Origin: Eledone cirrhosa
Taxonomy: Eukaryota
Direction: 5' to 3'
Length of the DNA stretch: 64,000 bases
Assembly: GCA_964016885.1 (NCBI GenBank)
Contig: OZ024749.1
Span: 20,274,001 to 20,338,000 of the forward strand
Under the pieces are notes generated by a model. That model searched no databases. It was not told the DNA's origin and saw only the letters and a program-made list of their open reading frames with translations. The position numbers and the translations under genes were made by a program. Shown in pieces: positions 1 to 13,170 of this stretch (positions are counted from its first letter, which is position 1; the number at the start of each line of letters is the position of its first letter).

Positions 1-3000
1 TGACAGACTACTGAGGAACAGAGGTGTGTTTTAACTGCTCAGTAAAGGTGATAGACTGCTGAGGACCAGAGATGTGTTTTAACTGCTCAGTAAAGGTGAC
101 AGACTGCTGAGGACCAGAGATGTGTTTTAACTGCTCAGTAAAGGTGACAGACTGCTGAGGACCAGAGGTGTGTTTTAACTGCTCAGTAAAGGTGACAGAC
201 TGCTGAGGACCAGAGGTGTGTTTTAACTGTTCAGTTAAGGTGACAGAATGCTGAGGACCAGAGGTGTGTTTTAACTCCTCAGTAAAGGTGACAGACTGCT
301 GAGGACCAGAGATGTGTTTTAACTGCTCAGTAAAGGTGACAGACTGCTGAGGACCAGAGGTGTGTTTTAACTCTTCAGTTAAGGTGACAGACTACTGAGG
401 ACCAGAGGTGTGTTTTAACTGCTCAGTAAATGTGACAGACTGCTGAGGACCAGAGATGTGTTTTAACTGCTCAGTAAAGGTGACAGACTACTGAGGACCA
501 GAGGTGTGTTTTAACTGCTCAGTAAAGGTGACAGACTGCTGAGGACCAGAGATGTGTTTTAACTGCTCAGTAAAGGTGACAGACTACTGAGGACCAGAGA
601 TGTGTTTTAACTGCTCAGTAAAGGTGACAGACTGCTGAGGACCAGAGGTGTGTTTTAACTCCTCAGTAAAGGTGACAGACTGCTGAGGACCAGAGATGTG
701 TTTTAACTGCTCAGTAAAGGTGGCAGACTGCTGAGGACCAGAGGTGTGTTTTAACTCCTCAGTTAAGGTGACAGATTGCTGAGGACCAGAGGTGTGTTTT
801 AACTCCTCAGTTAAGGTGACAGACTGCTGAGGACCAGAGATGTGTTTTAACTGCTCAGTAAAGGTGACAGACTGCTGAGGACCAGAGGTGTGTTTTAACT
901 CCTCAGTTAAGGTGACAGACTGCTGAGGACCAGAGGTGTGTTTTAACTCCTCAGTAAAGGTGACAGACTGCTGAGGACCAGAGATGTGTTTTAACTGCTC
1001 AGTAAAGGTGACAGACTGCTGAGGACCAGAGATGTGTTTTAACTGCTCAGTAAAGGTGACAGACTGCTGAGGACCAGAGGTGTGTTTTAACTCCTCAGTT
1101 AAGGTGACAGACTACTGAGGACCAGAGGTGTGTTTTAACTGCTCAGTAAAGGTGAGAGACTGCTGAGGACCAGAGATGTGTTTTAACTGCTCAGTAAAGG
1201 TGACAGACTGCTGAGGACCAGAGATGTGTTTTAACTGCTCAGTAAAGGTGACAGACTGCTGAGGACCAGAGGTGTGTTTTAACTCCTCAGTAAAGGTGAC
1301 AGACTGCTGAGGACCAGAGATGTGTTTTAACTGCTCAGTAAAGGTGACAGACTACTGAGGACCAGAGGTGTGTTTTAACTTCTCAGTAAAGGTGACAGAC
1401 TGCTGAGGAACAGGGGTGTGTTTTAACTGTTCAGTTAAGGTGACAGATTGCTGAGGACCAGAGGTGTGTTTTAACTCCTCAGTTAAGGTGACAGACTGCT
1501 GAGGAACAGAGGTGTGTTTTAACTCCTCAGTTAAGGTGACAGATTGCTGAGGAACAGAGGTGTGTTTTAACTCCTCAGTTAAGGTGACAGACTGCTGAGG
1601 AACAGGGGTGTGTTTTAACTGTTCAGTTAAGGTGACAGATTGCTGAGGACCAGAGGTGTGTTTTAACTCCTCAGTGAAGGTGTCAGACTACTGAGGACCA
1701 GAGGTGTGTTTTAACTGTTCAGTGAAGGTGTCAGACTACTGAGGACCAGAGGTGTATTTTAACTGTTCAGTTGAGGTGACAGAATGCTGAGGACCAGAGG
1801 TGTGTTTTAACTGTTCAGTTAAGGTGTCAGACTACTGAGGACCAGAGGTGTGTTTTAACTGTTCAGTTAAGGTGTCAGACTACTGAGGACCAGAGGTGTG
1901 TTTTAACTGCTCAGTTAAGGTGACAGATTGCTGAGGACCAGAGGTGTGTTTTAACTCCTCAGTTAAGGTGTCAGACTACTGAGGGCCAGAGGTGTGTTTT
2001 AACTCCTCAGTTAAGGTGTCAGACTACTGAGGACCAGAGGTGTGTTTTAACTCCTCAGTGAAGGTGACAGACTACTGAGGAACAGAGGTGTGTTTTAACT
2101 GCTCAGTAAAGGTGATAAACTACTGAGGACCAGAGATGTGTTTTAACTGCTCAGTAAAGGTGACAGACTGCTGAGGACCAGAGATGTGTTTTAACTGCTC
2201 AGTAAAGGTGACAGACTGCTGAGGACCAGCGGTGTGTTTTAACTGCTCAGTAAAGGTGACCGACTGCTGAGGACCAGAGGTGTGTTTTAACTGTTCAGTT
2301 AAGGTGACAGAATGCTGAGGACCAGAGGTGTGTTTTAACTCCTCAATAAAGGTGACAGACTGCTGAGGACCAGAGATGTGTTTTAACTGCTCAGTAAAGG
2401 TGACAGACTGCTGAGGACCAGAGGTGTGTTTTAACTCTTCAGTTAAGGTGACAGACTACTGAGGACCAGAGGTGTGTTTTAACTGCTCAGTAAAGGTGAC
2501 AGACTGCTGAGGACCAGAGATGTGTTTTAACTGCTCAGTAAAGGTGACAGACTACTGAGGACCAGAGATGTGTTTTAACTGCTCAGTAAAGGTGACAGAC
2601 TGCTGAGGACCAGAGGTGTGTTTTAACTCCTCAGTAAAGGTGACAGACTGCTGAGGACCAGAGATGTGTTTTAACTGCTCAGTAAAGGTGGCAGACTGCT
2701 GAGGACCAGAGGTGTGTTTTAACTCCTCAGTTAAGGTGACAGATTACTGAGGACCAGAGGTGTGTTTTAACTCCTCAGTTAAGGTGACAGACTACTGAGG
2801 ACCAGAGGTGTGTTTTAACTGCTCAGTAAAGGTGACAGACTGCTGAGGACCAGAGATGTGTTTTAACTGCTCAGTAAAGGTGACAGACTGCTGAGGACCA
2901 GAGATGTGTTTTAACTGCTCAGTAAAGGTGACAGACTGCTGAGGACCAGAGGTGTGTTTTAACTCCTCAGTTAAGGTGACAGACTGCTGAGGACCAGAGA

Positions 3001-5507
3001 TGTGTTTTAACTGCTCAGTAAAGGTGACAGACTGCTGAGGAACAGAGGTGTGTTTTAACGCCTCAGTTAAGGTGACAGATTGCTGAGGACCAGAGGTGTG
3101 TTTTAACTCCTCAGATAAGGTGAAAGATTGCTGAGGACCAGAGGTGTGTTTTAACTCCTCAGTTAAGGTGACAGATTGCTGAGGACCAGAGGTGTGTTTT
3201 AACTCCTCAGTTAAGGTGACAGATTGCTGAGGACCAGAGGTGTGTTTTAACTGCTCAGTAAAGGTGACAGATTGCTGAGGACCAGAGGTGTGTTTTAACT
3301 CCTCAGTTAAGGTGACAGATTGCTGAGGACCAGAGGTGTGTTTTAACTGCTCAGTAAAGGTGACAGACTACTGAGGACCAGAGGTGTGTTTTAACTCCTC
3401 AGTTAAGGTGACAGATTGCTGAGGACCAGAGGTGTGTTTTAACTGCTCAGTAAAGGTGACAGACTACTGAGGACCAGAGGTGTGTTTTAACTCCTCAGTT
3501 AAGGTGACAGACTACTGAGGACCAGAGGTCTGTTTTAACTCCTCAGTTAAGGAGACAGATTGCTGAGGAACAGGGGTGTGTTTTAACTGCTCAGTTAAGG
3601 TGAGAGACTACTGAGGACCAGAGGTGTGTTTTAACTCCTCAGTAAAGGTGACAGACTGCTGAGGACCACAGGTGTGTTTTAACTGTTCAGTTAATGTGAC
3701 AGACTACTGAGGACCAGAGGTGTGTTTTAACTGTTCAGTTAAGGTGACAGACTACTGAGGAACAGAGGTGTGTTTTAACTGTTCAGTTAAGGTGACAGAC
3801 TACTGAGGACCAGAGGTGTGTTTTAACTGCTCAGTTAAGGTGACAGACTACTGAGGAACAGAGGTGTGTTTTAACTGCTCAGTTAAGGTCACAGACTACT
3901 GAGGAACAGAGGTGTGTTTTAACTGCTCAGTTAAGGTGACAGACTACTGAGGAACAGAGGTGTGTTTTAACTGCTCAGTTAAGGTGACAGACTACTGAGG
4001 AACAGAGGTGTGTTTTAACTGCTTATTTAAGGTGACAGACTACTGAGGAACAGAGGTGTGTTTTAACTGTTCAGTGAAGGTGACAGACTACTGAGGACCA
4101 GAGGTGTGTTTTAACTCCTCAGTGAAGGTGACAGACTACTGAGGACCAGAGGTGTGTTTTAACTGCTCAGTAAAGGTGACAGACTACTGAGGACCAGAGG
4201 TGTGTTTTAACTCCTCAGTAAAGGTGACAGACTGCTGAGGACCAGAGGTGTGTTTTAACTCCTCAGTAAAGATGACAGACTGCTGAGGACCAGAGGTGTG
4301 TTTTAACTCCTCAGTAAAGGGGACAGACTGCTGAGGACCAGAGGTGTGTTTTAACTCCTCAGTTAAGGTGACAGACTACTGAGGACCAGAGGTGTGTTTT
4401 AACACCTCAGTAAAGGGGATAGACTGCTGAGGACCAGAGATGTGTTTTAACTGCTCAGTAAAGGTGACAGACTGCTGAGGACCAGAGATGTGTTTTAACT
4501 GCTCAGTAAAGGTGACAGACTGCTGAGGACCAGAGATGTGTTTTAACTTCTCAGTAAAGGTGGCAGACTGCTGAGGACCAGAGGTGTGTTTTAACTCTTC
4601 AGTTAAGGTGACAGACTACTGAGGACCAGAGGTGTGTTTTAACTGCTCAGTAAAGGTGACAGACTGCTGAGGACCAGAGATGTGTTTTAACTGCTCAGTA
4701 AAGGTGACAGACTACTGAGGACCAGAGATGTGTTTTAACTGCTCAGTAAAGGTGACAGACTGCTGAGGACCAGAGGTGTGTTTTAACTCCTCAGTAAAGG
4801 TGACAGATTGCTGAGGACCAGAGGTGTGTTTTAACTCCTCAGTTAAGGTGACAGACTACTGAGGACCAGAGGTGTGTTTTAACTGCTCAGTAAAGGTGAC
4901 AGACTGCTGAGGACCAGAGATGTGTTTTAACTGCTCAGTAAAGGTGACAGACTGCTGAGGACCAGAGATGTGTTTTAACTGCTCAGTAAAGATGACAGAC
5001 TGCTGAGGACCAGAGGTGTGTTTTAACTCCTCAGTTAAGGTGACAGACTGCTGAGGACCAGAGATGTGTTTTAACTGCTCAGTAAAGGTGACAGACTGCT
5101 GAGGACCAGAGATGTGTTTTAACTGCTCAGTAAAGGTGACAGACTGCTGAGGACCAGAGATGTGTTTTAACTGCTCAGTAAAGGTGACAGACTGCTGAGG
5201 ACCAGAGGTGTGTTTTAACTCCTCAGTTAAGGTGACAGACTACTGAGGACCAGAGGTGTGTTTTAACTGCTCAGTAAAGGTGACAGACTGCTGAGGACCA
5301 GAGATGTGTTTTAACTGCTCAGTAAAGGTGACAGACTGCTGAGGACCAGAGGTGTGTTTTAACTCCTCAGTAAAGGTGACAGACTGCTGAGGACCAGAGA
5401 TGTGTTTCAACTGCTCAGTAAAGGTGACAGACTGCTGAGGAACAGAGGTGTGTTTTAACGCCTCAGTTAAGGTGACAGATTGCTGAGGACCAGAGGTGTG
5501 TTTTAAC

Positions 5508-5537
5508 TCCTCAGTTAAGGTGTCCTCAGTTAAGGTG
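5508..5537 (+). repeat. Perfect 15-bp tandem micro-duplication within the array (TCCTCAGTTAAGGTG x2)
   Basis: 5508-5522 and 5523-5537 are identical, and the monomer phase shifts by +15 from here on. Confidence 0.95.
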
Positions 5538-6179
5538 AGAGATTGCTGAGGACCAGAGGTGTGTTTTAACTCCTCAGTTAAGGTGACAGATTGCTGAGGA
5601 CCAGAGGTGTGTTTTAACTGCTCAGTAAAGGTGACAGATTGCTGAGGACCAGAGGTGTGTTTTAACTCCTCAGTTAAGGTGACAGATTGCTGAGGACCAG
5701 AGGTGTGTTTTAACTGCTCAGTAAAGGTGACAGACTACTGAGGACCAGAGGTGTGTTTTAACTCCTCAGTTAAGGTGACAGATTGCTGAGGACCAGAGGT
5801 GTGTTTTAACTCCTCAGTTAAGGTGACAGACTACTGAGGACCAGAGGTCTGTTTTAACTCCTCAGTTAAGGAGACAGATTGCTGAGGAACAGGGGTGTGT
5901 TTTAACTGCTCAGTTAAGGTGAGAGACTACTGAGGACCAGAGGTGTGTTTTAACTCCTCAGTAAAGGTGACAGACTGCTGAGGACCAGAGGTGTGTTTTA
6001 ACTGTTCAGTTAATGTGACAGACTACTGAGGACCAGAGGTGTGTTTTAACTCCTCAGTAAAGATGACAGACTGCTGAGGACCAGAGGTGTGTTTTAACGC
6101 CTCAGTAAAGGTGACAGACTACTGAGGAACAGAGGTGTGTTTTAACTGTTCAGTTAAGGTGACAGACTACTGAGGACCA

Positions 6180-9100
6180 GAGGTGTGTTTTAACTGCTCA
6201 GTTAAGGTGACAGACTACTGAGGAACAGAGGTGTGTTTTAACTGCTCAGTTAAGGTCACAGACTAGTGAGGAACAGAGGTGTGTTTTAACTGCTCAGTTA
6301 AGGTGACAGACTACTGAGGAACAGAGGTGTGTTTTAACTGCTCAGTTAAGGTGACAGACTACTGAGGAACAGAGGTGTGTTTTAACTGCTTATTTAAGGT
6401 GACAGACTACTGAGGAACAGAGGTGTGTTTTAACTGTTCAGTGAAGGTGACAGACTACTGAGGACCAGAGGTGTGTTTTAACTCCTCAGTGAAGGTGACA
6501 GACTACTGAGGACCAGAGGTGTGTTTTAACTGCTCAGTAAAGGTGACAGACTACTGAGGACCAGAGGTGTGTTTTAACTCCTCAGTAAAGGTGACAGACT
6601 GCTGAGGACCAGAGGTGTGTTTTAACTCCTCAGTAAAGATGACAGACTGCTGAGGACCAGAGGTGTGTTTTAACTCCTCAGTAAAGGGGACAGACTGCTG
6701 AGGACCAGAGGTGTGTTTTAACTCCTCAGTTAAGGTGACAGACTACTGAGGACCAGAGGTGTGTTTTAACACCTCAGTAAAGGTGACAGACTGCTGAGGA
6801 CCAGAGGCGTTTTTTAACTCCTCAGTAAAGGTGACAGACTGCTGAGGACCAGAGGTGTGTTTTAACGCCTCAGTAAAGGTGACAGACTGCTGAGGACCAG
6901 AGGTGTGTTTTAACTCCTCAGTAAAGGTGACAGACTGCTGAGGACCAGAGGTGTGTTTTAACTCCTCAGTTAAGGTGACAGACTACTGAGGACCAGAGGT
7001 GTGTTTTAACTCCTCAGTTAAGGTGACAGACTGCTGAGGACCAGAGGTGTGTTTTAACTCCTCAGTAAAGGTGACAGACTACTGAGGACCAGAGGTGTGT
7101 TTTAACTCCTCAGTAAAGGTGACAGACTACTGAGAACCAGAGGTGTGTTTTAACTCCTCAGTAAAGGTGACAGATTGCTGAGGACCAGAGGTGTGTTTTA
7201 ACTGCTCAGTGAAGGTGACAGACTACTGAGGACCAGAGGTGTGTTTTAACTGCTCAGTTAAGGTGACAGACTACTGAGGAACAGAGGTGTGTTTTAACTG
7301 CTCAGTTAAGGTGACAGACTACTGAGGAACAGAGGTGTGTTTTAACTGCTCAGTTAAGGTGACAGACTACTGAGGAACAGAGGTGTGTTTTAACTCCTCA
7401 GTAAAGGTGACAGATTGCTGAGGACCAGAGGTGTGTTTTAACTGCTCAGTGAAGGTGACAGAATGCTGAGGACCAGAGGTGTGTTTTAACGCCTCAGTTA
7501 AGGTGTCAGACTACTGAGGACCAGAGGTGTGTTTTAACTGTTCAGTTAAGGTGACAGACTGCTGAGGAACAGAGGTGTGTTTTAACTGTTCAGTTAAGGT
7601 GACAGATTGCTGAGGACCAGAGGTGTGTTTTAACTGTTCAGTTAAGGTGACAGATTGCTGAGGACCAGAGGTGTGTTTTAACTGTTCAGTTAAGGTGACA
7701 GATTGCTGAGGACCAGAGGTGTGTTTTAAATGTTCAGTTAAGGTGACAGACTGCTGAGGAACAGAGGTGTGTTTTAACTCCTCAGTAAAGGTGACAGACT
7801 ACTGAGGACCAGAGGTGTGTTTTAACTGTTCAGTTAAGGTGACAGAATACTGAGGACCAGAGGTGTGTTTTAACTCCTCAGTTAAGGTGACAGACTACTG
7901 AGGACCAGAGGTGTGTTTTAACTCCTCAGTTAAGGTGTCAGACTACCGAGGAACAGAGGTGTGTTTTAACTCCTCAGTAAAGGTGACAGACCACTGAGGA
8001 CCAGAGGTGTGTTTTAACTGCTCAGTTAAGGTGACAGACTACTGAGGACCAGAGGTGTGTTTTAACTCCTCAGTTAAGGTGACAGACTACTGAGGACCAG
8101 AGGTGTGTTTTAACTGCTCAGTTAAGGTGTCAGACTACCGAGGAACAGAGGTGTGTTTTAACTCCTCAGTAAAGGTGACAGACTACTGAGGACCAGAGGT
8201 GTGTTTTAACTGCTCAGTTAAGGTGACAGACTACTGAGGAACAGAGGTGTGTTTTAACTGCTCAGTTAAGGTGACAGACTGCTGAGGACCAGAGGTGTGT
8301 TTTAACTGTTCAGTTAAGGTGACAGATTGCTGAGGACCAGAGGTGTGTTTTAACTGTTCAGTTAAGGTGACAGACTGCTGAGGAACAGAGGTGTGTTTTA
8401 ACTCCTCAGTTAAGGTGACAGACTGCTGAGGAACAGGGGTGTGTTTTAACTGTTCAGTTAAGGTGACAGATTGCTGAGGACCAGAGGTGTGTTTTAACTG
8501 CTCAGTTAAGGTGACAGACTACTGAGGAACAGAGGTGTGTTTTAACTGCTCAGTTAAGGTCACAGACTACTGAGGAACAGAGGTGTGTTTTAACTGCTCA
8601 GTTAAGGTGACAGACTACTGAGGAACAGAGGTGTGTTTTAACTGCTCAGTTAAGGTGACAGACTACTGAGGAACAGAGGTGTGTTTTAACTGCTTATTTA
8701 AGGTGACAGACTACTGAGGAACAGAGGTGTGTTTTAACTGTTCAGTGAAGGTGACAGACTACTGAGGACCAGAGGTGTGTTTTAACTCCTCAGTGAAGGT
8801 GACAGACTACTGAGGACCAGAGGTGTGTTTTAACTGCTCAGTAAAGGTGACAGACTACTGAGGACCAGAGGTGTGTTTTAACTCCTCAGTAAAGGTGACA
8901 GACTGCTGAGGACCAGAGGTGTGTTTTAACTCCTCAGTAAAGATGACAGACTGCTGAGGACCAGAGGTGTGTTTTAACTCCTCAGTAAAGGGGACAGACT
9001 GCTGAGGACCAGAGGTGTGTTTTAACTCCTCAGTTAAGGTGACAGACTACTGAGGACCAGAGGTGTGTTTTAACACCTCAGTAAAGGTGACAGACTGCTG

Positions 9101-10795
9101 AGGACCAGAGGCGTTTTTTAACTCCTCAGTAAAGGTGACAGACTGCTGAGGACCAGAGGTGTGTTTTAACGCCTCAGTAAAGGTGACAGACTGCTGAGGA
9201 CCAGAGGTGTGTTTTAACTCCTCAGTAAAGGTGACAGACTGCTGAGGACCAGAGGTGTGTTTTAACTCCTCAGTTAAGGTGACAGACTACTGAGGACCAG
9301 AGGTGTGTTTTAACTCCTCAGTTAAGGTGACAGACTGCTGAGGACCAGAGGTGTGTTTTAACTCCTCAGTAAAGGTGACAGACTACTGAGGACCAGAGGT
9401 GTGTTTTAACTCCTCAGTAAAGGTGACAGACTACTGAGAACCAGAGGTGTGTTTTAACTCCTCAGTAAAGGTGACAGATTGCTGAGGACCAGAGGTGTGT
9501 TTTAACTGCTCAGTGAAGGTGACAGACTACTGAGGACCAGAGGTGTGTTTTAACTGCTCAGTTAAGGTGACAGACTACTGAGGAACAGAGGTGTGTTTTA
9601 ACTGCTCAGTTAAGGTGACAGACTACTGAGGAACAGAGGTGTGTTTTAACTGCTCAGTTAAGGTGACAGACTACTGAGGAACAGAGGTGTGTTTTAACTC
9701 CTCAGTAAAGGTGACAGATTGCTGAGGACCAGAGGTGTGTTTTAACTGCTCAGTGAAGGTGACAGAATGCTGAGGACCAGAGGTGTGTTTTAACGCCTCA
9801 GTTAAGGTGTCAGACTACTGAGGACCAGAGGTGTGTTTTAACTGTTCAGTTAAGGTGACAGACTGCTGAGGAACAGAGGTGTGTTTTAACTGTTCAGTTA
9901 AGGTGACAGATTGCTGAGGACCAGAGGTGTGTTTTAACTGTTCAGTTAAGGTGACAGATTGCTGAGGACCAGAGGTGTGTTTTAACTGTTCAGTTAAGGT
10001 GACAGATTGCTGAGGACCAGAGGTGTGTTTTAAATGTTCAGTTAAGGTGACAGACTGCTGAGGAACAGAGGTGTGTTTTAACTCCTCAGTAAAGGTGACA
10101 GACTACTGAGGACCAGAGGTGTGTTTTAACTGTTCAGTTAAGGTGACACAATACTGAGGACCAGAGGTGTGTTTTAACTCCTCAGTTAAGGTGACAGACT
10201 ACTGAGGACCAGAGGTGTGTTTTAACTCCTCAGTTAAGGTGTCAGACTACCGAGGAACAGAGGTGTGTTTTAACTCCTCAGTAAAGGTGACAGACCACTG
10301 AGGACCAGAGGTGTGTTTTAACTGCTCAGTTAAGGTGACAGACTACTGAGGACCAGAGGTGTGTTTTAACTCCTCAGTTAAGGTGACAGACTACTGAGGA
10401 CCAGAGGTGTGTTTTAACTGCTCAGTTAAGGTGTCAGACTACCGAGGAACAGAGGTGTGTTTTAACTCCTCAGTAAAGGTGACAGACTACTGAGGACCAG
10501 AGGTGTGTTTTAACTGCTCAGTTAAGGTGACAGACTACTGAGGAACAGAGGTGTGTTTTAACTGCTCAGTTAAGGTGACAGACTGCTGAGGACCAGAGGT
10601 GTGTTTTAACTGTTCAGTTAAGGTGACAGATTGCTGAGGACCAGAGGTGTGTTTTAACTGTTCAGTTAAGGTGACAGACTGCTGAGGAACAGAGGTGTGT
10701 TTTAACTCCTCAGTTAAGGTGACAGACTGCTGAGGAACAGGGGTGTGTTTTAACTGTTCAGTTAAGGTGACAGATTGCTGAGGACCAGAGGTGTG
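6180..10795 (+). repeat. Tandem higher-order duplication, offset 2304 bp (48 monomers)
   Basis: Rare variants recur at +2304: GCTTATTT (6391/8695), GAGGCGTTTTTT (6808/9112), TAAATGTTC (7730/10034). Boundaries are approximate. Confidence 0.88.
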
Positions 10796-13170
10796 ATTTA
10801 ACTCCTCAGTTAAGGTGACAGACTGCTGAGGAACAGAGGTGTGTTTTAACTCCTCAGTTAAGGTGACAGACTGCTGAAGACCAGAGGTGTGTTTTAACTC
10901 CTCAGTAAAGGTGACAGACTGCTGAGGACCAGAGGTGTGTTTTAACTGTTCAGTTAAGGTGACAGAATGCTGAGGACCAGAGGTGTGTTTTAACTCCTCA
11001 GTAAAGGTGACAGACTGCTGAGGACCAGAGGTGTGTTTTAACTCCTCAGTAAAGGTGACAGACTGCTGAGGACCAGAGGTGTGTTTTAACTGTTCAGTTA
11101 AGGTGACAGAATGCTGAGGACCAGAGGTGTGTTTTAACTCCTCAGTAAAGGTGACAGATTGCTGAGGACCAGAGGTGTGTTTTAACTCCTCAGTAAAGGT
11201 GACAGACTGCTGAGGACCAGAGGTGTGTTTTAACTGTTCAGTTAAGGTGACAGAATGCTGAGGACCAGAGGTGTGTTTTAACTGCTCAGTTAAGGTGACA
11301 GACTACTGAGGAACAGAGGTGTGTTTTAACTCCTCAGTAAAGGTGACAGATTGCTGAGGACCAGAGGTGTGTTTTAACTGCTCAGTGAAGGTGACAGACT
11401 ACTGAGGAACAGAGGTGTGTTTTAACTGCTCAGTTAAGGTGACAGACTACTGAGGAACAGAGGTGTGTTTTAACTCCTCAGTAAAGGTGACAGATTGCTG
11501 AGGACCAGAGGTGTGTTTTAACTGCTCAGTGAAGGTGACAGAATGCTGAGGACCAGAGGTGTGTTTTAACGCCTCAGTTAAGGTGTCAGACTACTGAGGA
11601 CCAGAGGTGTGTTTTAACTGTTCAGTTAAGGTGACAGACTGCTGAGGAACAGAGGTGTGTTTTAACTGTTCAGTTAAGGTGACAGATTGCTGAGGACCAG
11701 AGGTGTGTTTTAACTGTTCAGTTAAGGTGACAGATTGCTGAGGACCAGAGGTGTGTTTTAACTGTTCAGTTAAGGTGACAGATTGCTGAGGACCAGAGGT
11801 GTGTTTTAAATGTTCAGTTAAGGTGACAGACTGCTGAGGAACAGAGGTGTGTTTTAACTCCTCAGTAAAGGTGACAGACTACTGAGGACCAGAGGTGTGT
11901 TTTAACTGTTCAGTTAAGGTGACAGAATACTGAGGACCAGAGGTGTGTTTTAACTCCTCAGTTAAGGTGACAGACTACTGAGGACCAGAGGTGTGTTTTA
12001 ACTCCTCAGTTAAGGTGTCAGACTACCGAGGAACAGAGATGTGTTTTAACTCCTCAGTAAAGGTGACAGACCACTGAGGACCAGAGGTGTGTTTTAACTG
12101 CTCAGTTAAGGTGACAGACTACTGAGGACCAGAGGTGTGTTTTAACTCCTCAGTTAAGGTGACAGACTACTGAGGACCAGAGGTGTGTTTTAACTGCTCA
12201 GTTAAGGTGTCAGACTACCGAGGAACAGAGGTGTGTTTTAACTCCTCAGTAAAGGTGACAGACTACTGAGGACCAGAGGTGTGTTTTAACTGCTCAGTTA
12301 AGGTGACAGACTACTGAGGAACAGAGGTGTGTTTTAACTGCTCAGTTAAGGTGACAGACTGCTGAGGACCAGAGGTGTGTTTTAACTGTTCAGTTAAGGT
12401 GACAGATTGCTGAGGACCAGAGGTGTGTTTTAACTGTTCAGTTAAGGTGACAGACTGCTGAGGAACAGAGGTGTGTTTTAACTCCTCAGTTAAGGTGACA
12501 GACTGCTGAGGAACAGGGGTGTGTTTTAACTGTTCAGTTAAGGTGACAGATTGCTGAGGACCAGAGGTGTGATTTAACTCCTCAGTTAAGGTGACAGACT
12601 GCTGAGGAACAGAGGTGTGTTTTAACTCCTCAGTTAAGGTGACAGACTGCTGAAGACCAGAGGTGTGTTTTAACTCCTCAGTAAAGGTGACAGACTGCTG
12701 AGGACCAGAGGTGTGTTTTAACTGTTCAGTTAAGGTGACAGAATGCTGAGGACCAGAGGTGTGTTTTAACTCCTCAGTAAAGGTGACAGACTGCTGAGGA
12801 CCAGAGGTGTGTTTTAACTCCTCAGTAAAGGTGACAGACTGCTGAGGACCAGAGGTGTGTTTTAACTGTTCAGTTAAGGTGACAGAATGCTGAGGACCAG
12901 AGGTGTGTTTTAACTCCTCAGTAAAGGTGACAGATTGCTGAGGACCAGAGGTGTGTTTTAACTCCTCAGTAAAGGTGACAGACTGCTGAGGACCAGAGGT
13001 GTGTTTTAACTGTTCAGTTAAGGTGACAGAATGCTGAGGACCAGAGGTGTGTTTTAACTGCTCAGTTAAGGTGACAGACTACTGAGGAACAGAGGTGTGT
13101 TTTAACTCCTCAGTAAAGGTGACAGATTGCTGAGGACCAGAGGTGTGTTTTAACTGCTCAGTGAAGGTGA
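9600..13170 (+). repeat. Higher-order duplication, offset 1776 bp (37 monomers)
   Basis: GTGATTTA at 10796/12572 and TAAATGTTC at 10034/11810. Boundaries are approximate. Confidence 0.8.
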
